Part shown: positions 60,567-64,000 of the stretch, one piece after another
Layout of the letters: each line of letters opens with the position of its first letter
How positions within the stretch are numbered: position 1 is the stretch's first letter
DNA from: Alphaproteobacteria bacterium
GTDB taxonomy: Bacteria; Pseudomonadota; Alphaproteobacteria; CAISOG01
Reading direction: 5' to 3'
DNA length: 64,000 nucleotides
Assembly: GCA_044345375.1 (NCBI GenBank)
Contig: JBIJBF010000008.1
Span: 141 to 64,140 of the forward strand
Made by a program: the position numbers and the translations under genes
The notes under the pieces: model-generated
Told to the model about the DNA's origin: nothing
The model's database searches: none
What the model saw: only the letters and a program-made list of their open reading frames with translations

Positions 60567-60941
60567 ATGCCAAAAACGCCAGAAATTGCCTGCCCGTTTG
60601 TGGTCAAAAAACTCTACGCCGCCCTTGGGTTTGCGTGGGCGGGGCTACGAGCCGCCTTTGCCAGCGAACTGGCCTTTCGGCTTGAGGTGGCAACCGCAGC
60701 CGTCGCGCTGCCGCTGGCCATGGTTTTGGGGGATACGGGGGTTGAACGCGCCCTGTTGATCGCCAGCGTGCTGTTGGTTTTAATGGCAGAACTGGTCAAC
60801 ACAGCCTTTGAGCGGGTGTGTGAGCGCATTTCAACCGACATTCATCCCGTGACCAAAATCATCAAAGATATTGGCGGTGGGGTGGTGCTGCTAAGCTTGC
60901 TGAACGCTCTGTTCATATGGGGATGCGTGCTTTTGGGGTAA
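60567..60941 (+). CDS. dgkA: Diacylglycerol kinase
   Basis: SELAFRLE, ELVNTAFE, KDIG; three TM helices; start uncertain. Confidence 0.9.
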   Translation: MPKTPEIACPFVVKKLYAALGFAWAGLRAAFASELAFRLEVATAAVALPLAMVLGDTGVERALLIASVLLVLMAELVNTAFERVCERISTDIHPVTKIIKDIGGGVVLLSLLNALFIWGCVLLG

Positions 60942-60946
60942 ACTGG

Positions 60947-61411
60947 CTATTCGGTTGGCAGCAGCACGCTGGGATTCATGAAGGTGGATTTGGTGCTTTG
61001 CGGGTGGAAAGCCGCATCGGTTTCCGGGAAATGCGCGCCCCACATTTTTTCCAACTGATAGAATTCACGAATTTCAGGGCGGAACAAATGCACGATCACA
61101 TCGCCCGCATCCACCACCACCCAATCGGCCGATGGCATCCCCTCAACCCCGCTGTTCAGCTTGAACTGCGCCTTTAACGATTCAACGATGCGGCCAGACA
61201 AGGCGGCCACCTGACGCTGCGATTGACCGCTGGCGATCACCATAAAGTCGGCCATATCGCTTTTGCCCGCCAAATCGATCACCAGCAGCTGTTCGGCCTT
61301 GCCATCCTCCAACGCGGTTACCACATGCGCCAAAACCTCCTTGGAGGTCATGGGGGTTTTCTGGGCAGCAAGTTTGCGGGGGGTTAGGCGCAGGGTCTTA
61401 GCGGGTTTCAT
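60947..61411 (-). CDS. rsfS: Ribosome silencing factor
   Basis: ADFMVIASG, DWVVVDAGDVIVHLF, REFYQLEKMW. Confidence 0.96.
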   Translation of the reverse strand: MKPAKTLRLTPRKLAAQKTPMTSKEVLAHVVTALEDGKAEQLLVIDLAGKSDMADFMVIASGQSQRQVAALSGRIVESLKAQFKLNSGVEGMPSADWVVVDAGDVIVHLFRPEIREFYQLEKMWGAHFPETDAAFHPQSTKSTFMNPSVLLPTE

Positions 61412-61450
61412 TAGGGTGCCTTATTGGATGTGAAAAGAGAAAATTCGTGC

Positions 61451-62056
61451 TTAAGCCTCGTACCAGGGCTTGTTGCCCAACTCTTGACGAATTTTGGTTG
61501 AGGAGATGCGATACCAGCTTTCGGGCACAAAAACCCACGCAGGAAGCTGGTGGCGATGGCGGATCGCGGAGGGGGATGAAAGTCGGTTACGATGATAACG
61601 ATGCCCAGCCCTGCTTAATTTAATGTTGGAATTGTAACATGGCCGGCTGAACACGGCAAGCGCGGCCTGTTTCAGCAGGCGATTCCAGTGATGCCAGCGG
61701 TGCAATTGGCCGAAATTCTCACTGCCCGTCATAAAAACCCACCGAATCCTGGGGAAACGCCGCCGCAACCGCTGCAGCGTGTAAAAGGTGATCGGGCTTT
61801 GCCACTGCTGCTCAATATCGCTGACGCTGATCGGCAAATGTTTGGTCAAACGCTGACAGGCCGCCATCCTGATGGGGAATGGGGCCATCCCCTGTTTGGA
61901 TTTCAGTGGGTTTTGCGGCGAAACCAGCCACACCACCCGATCCAGCTTTAACCGCTTGCGCGCCAACAGGCTGATCGCGACATGCCCCGCGTGGGGGGGA
62001 TTAAAAGACCCACCCAACAAACCAACACTGATCCGAACATAGGGAGAAAAATGCAT
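61451..62056 (-). CDS. nadD: Nicotinate-nucleotide adenylyltransferase
   Basis: GGSFNPPHAGH, WLVSPQNPLK, ISSTKIR; upstream of rsfS. Confidence 0.93.
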   Translation of the reverse strand: MHFSPYVRISVGLLGGSFNPPHAGHVAISLLARKRLKLDRVVWLVSPQNPLKSKQGMAPFPIRMAACQRLTKHLPISVSDIEQQWQSPITFYTLQRLRRRFPRIRWVFMTGSENFGQLHRWHHWNRLLKQAALAVFSRPCYNSNIKLSRAGHRYHRNRLSSPSAIRHRHQLPAWVFVPESWYRISSTKIRQELGNKPWYEA

Positions 62057-62309
62057 CAAAACTTATCAAACAACGCCAAAAACATGGGGATTACTGCATG
62101 ATTTTGCCGAATGGGCAAGAATGGAAGCCGCAATTGTATTTTACGACTTCCAAAAAGTCATCTGTGGTGCTATAAAAGATAAAATTAAGGGGTTTTGTCA
62201 TGGGCGATACGGGTTCTCGCGCCACACCGCACAAATCTCTTCGTCATACACAACAAAAATGCTAAAGAATAGTGATAATATACAATAGGTTAAGGGTTTT
62301 TTAGGGGGG

Positions 62310-63719
62310 CTAAATATGAACCGCGCGCCCCTCGGCGGACAGAACCGATTCGTGCATCATTTCAGACAGGGTTGGGTGGGGGAAGACGGTGTGCAGCAAA
62401 TCGGCCTCGGTCGTTTCCAGCTGTTTGGCGATCACATAGCCCTGAATCATCTCGGTCACCTCAGCGCCGATCATATGCGCCCCCAACAGCTCACCGGTTT
62501 TGCTGTCAAAGATGGTTTTGATTAGGCCCTCAGGCTCGCCCAGCGCGATCGCCTTGCCGTTGGCCATATAGGGGAAGCGGCCGATTTTAAGGCTGTGCCC
62601 CAATTCTTTGGCTTTTTCCTCAGTCAACCCAACGCTGGCCACCTGCGGATAGGCATAGGTGCAGCCGGGGATATTTTCGATTTTCAACGGATGCACATCG
62701 GGTAGGCCGGCGATTTTCTCAACACAGATCACCCCCTCATGGCTGGCCTTGTGCGCCAACCAGGGGGCACCGGTCACATCGCCAATCGCGTAGACCCCGG
62801 GTTCTGCGGTGCGGCCATAGCCATCGATCACGATATGGCCGCGCTCAACCTGCACCTTGGTGCCCTCCAACCCGATCCCCTCGGTATTGCCGACAATCCC
62901 CACCGCGCTGATCACCCGATCAACGGTCAGGGTTTGGGTTTTGCCGTCTTGTAGAATCGTGGCGGTAACCTGGTCGCTCGCCCGATCCAACTTGGTCACG
63001 CTGGCACCGGTTAGAATGTTGATGCCCTGTTTGGCAAAGGCTTTGCGCGCCAGTTCCGAAATTTCGGCATCCTCAACCGGCAGAATACGGGGTTGCAGCT
63101 CAACCACCGTCACCTCAGACCCCATCAGGCGGTAAAAGCTGGCAAACTCAATACCAATCGCGCCGCTGCCCACCACCAACAGCTTTTTGGGCAGCGCGGT
63201 TGGCACCATCGCCTCCTTATAGGTCCAAACCAGGCGGCCATCGGGCTCCAGATTCGGCAAAACGCGGGCTCTGGCACCAGTGGCCAGAATGATGTGCGGC
63301 GCGGTCAACAACGTCTCCCCGCCAGCGGTCAAGCTGACCTTTAGCTGAGCTTTACCGGCCAAACTGCCCAGGCCATCAAACACCGTGACCTTGTTTTTCT
63401 TCAGCAAATGCTTGATGCCGCCCGACAGCTGCCCCGCCACCGCGCGGGAACGCGCCACCACCTTGGCCAGATCAAAGCTGATGTTGCTGGCGCTAAAGCC
63501 AAACTCGTCCAAATGATGCAGCAGATGATGGATTTCTGAGCTGCGCAGCAAGGCCTTGGTCGGAATACAGCCCCAGTTCAGGCAAATACCGCCCAAATGT
63601 TCACGCTCAACCAAGCCCACCTTCATGCCCAATTGGCTGGCACGAATCGCCGCGACATAGCCGCCCGGGCCGCCGCCAACAACGATGAGGTCAAAACTGT
63701 TCGCCGCAAGCTCCACCAT
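62310..63719 (-). CDS. lpdA: Dihydrolipoamide dehydrogenase (E3)
   Basis: GGGPGGY, GGICLNWGCIPTK, GSGAIG, HPTLSE. Confidence 0.97.
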   Translation of the reverse strand: MVELAANSFDLIVVGGGPGGYVAAIRASQLGMKVGLVEREHLGGICLNWGCIPTKALLRSSEIHHLLHHLDEFGFSASNISFDLAKVVARSRAVAGQLSGGIKHLLKKNKVTVFDGLGSLAGKAQLKVSLTAGGETLLTAPHIILATGARARVLPNLEPDGRLVWTYKEAMVPTALPKKLLVVGSGAIGIEFASFYRLMGSEVTVVELQPRILPVEDAEISELARKAFAKQGINILTGASVTKLDRASDQVTATILQDGKTQTLTVDRVISAVGIVGNTEGIGLEGTKVQVERGHIVIDGYGRTAEPGVYAIGDVTGAPWLAHKASHEGVICVEKIAGLPDVHPLKIENIPGCTYAYPQVASVGLTEEKAKELGHSLKIGRFPYMANGKAIALGEPEGLIKTIFDSKTGELLGAHMIGAEVTEMIQGYVIAKQLETTEADLLHTVFPHPTLSEMMHESVLSAEGRAVHI

Positions 63720-63722
63720 CTG

Positions 63723-64000
63723 TTAAGCCGCCTTGGCGATGGCCTGTTGCAGGGCCTGCCCCATTTCCGCGGGTGAACTGGCGACCACGATGCCCACCGA
63801 TTTCATGGTTTCAATCTTGTCCTCAGCGCCGCCCTTGCCACCGGCAATAATCGCGCCAGCATGCCCCATCCGCCGTCCCGGAGGTGCGGTAAGGCCAGCG
63901 ATAAAGCCGGCCATCGGTTTTTTGATCTTGCTGGAACGAATCACCTCACACGCAATCTCCTCAGCCTCGCCGCCGATTTCGCCAATCATGATGATCGCCT
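63723..64000 (-). CDS. sucD: Succinyl-CoA synthetase alpha subunit (3' part only)
   Basis: [21 protein letters not shown]. Confidence 0.95.
   Translation of the reverse strand, partial: AIIMIGEIGGEAEEIACEVIRSSKIKKPMAGFIAGLTAPPGRRMGHAGAIIAGGKGGAEDKIETMKSVGIVVASSPAEMGQALQQAIAKAA

Noticed and set aside
1-64000. CRISPR array, rRNA, prophage, retron or DGR
   Set aside because: No regularly spaced repeat-spacer array, rRNA-like tract, phage structural gene or reverse transcriptase motif seen

Overview
Chromosomal window from a flagellated alphaproteobacterium, inferred from the Caulobacter-type sciP and fliF-fliG-fliH-fliN-flbD cluster, CtrA boxes, large NAD-GDH and coq7. It holds the end of the spc/alpha ribosomal cluster (rplR to rplQ), many housekeeping genes (proA, mcl, xerD, secA, bamB, lpxK, lipB, ssb, hscA, argE, fabI, anmK, nadD, lpdA, partial sucD), one tRNA-Leu(TAG), a RelE/HigA-type toxin-antitoxin pair, an internally deleted ISAs1 element and two families of palindromic repeats. 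Best candidate for an undescribed system: two tandem, orphan VirB6/TrbL-like membrane proteins at 9.1-14.2 kb sharing a CWxC motif. One ends in a Sel1-like repeat and the other carries an intact N-terminal M23 peptidoglycan peptidase; no other T4SS gene is in the window. Other leads are three secreted DUF4402/pilin-like paralogs (two behind perfect CtrA boxes), ISAs1 inverted repeats that each embed a CtrA box, three GNAT-fold paralogs lacking the usual acetyl-CoA motif, and a duplicated 26-bp promoter motif followed in both copies by a leaderless small ORF. All family calls come from motif recognition by eye; no database searches were run.
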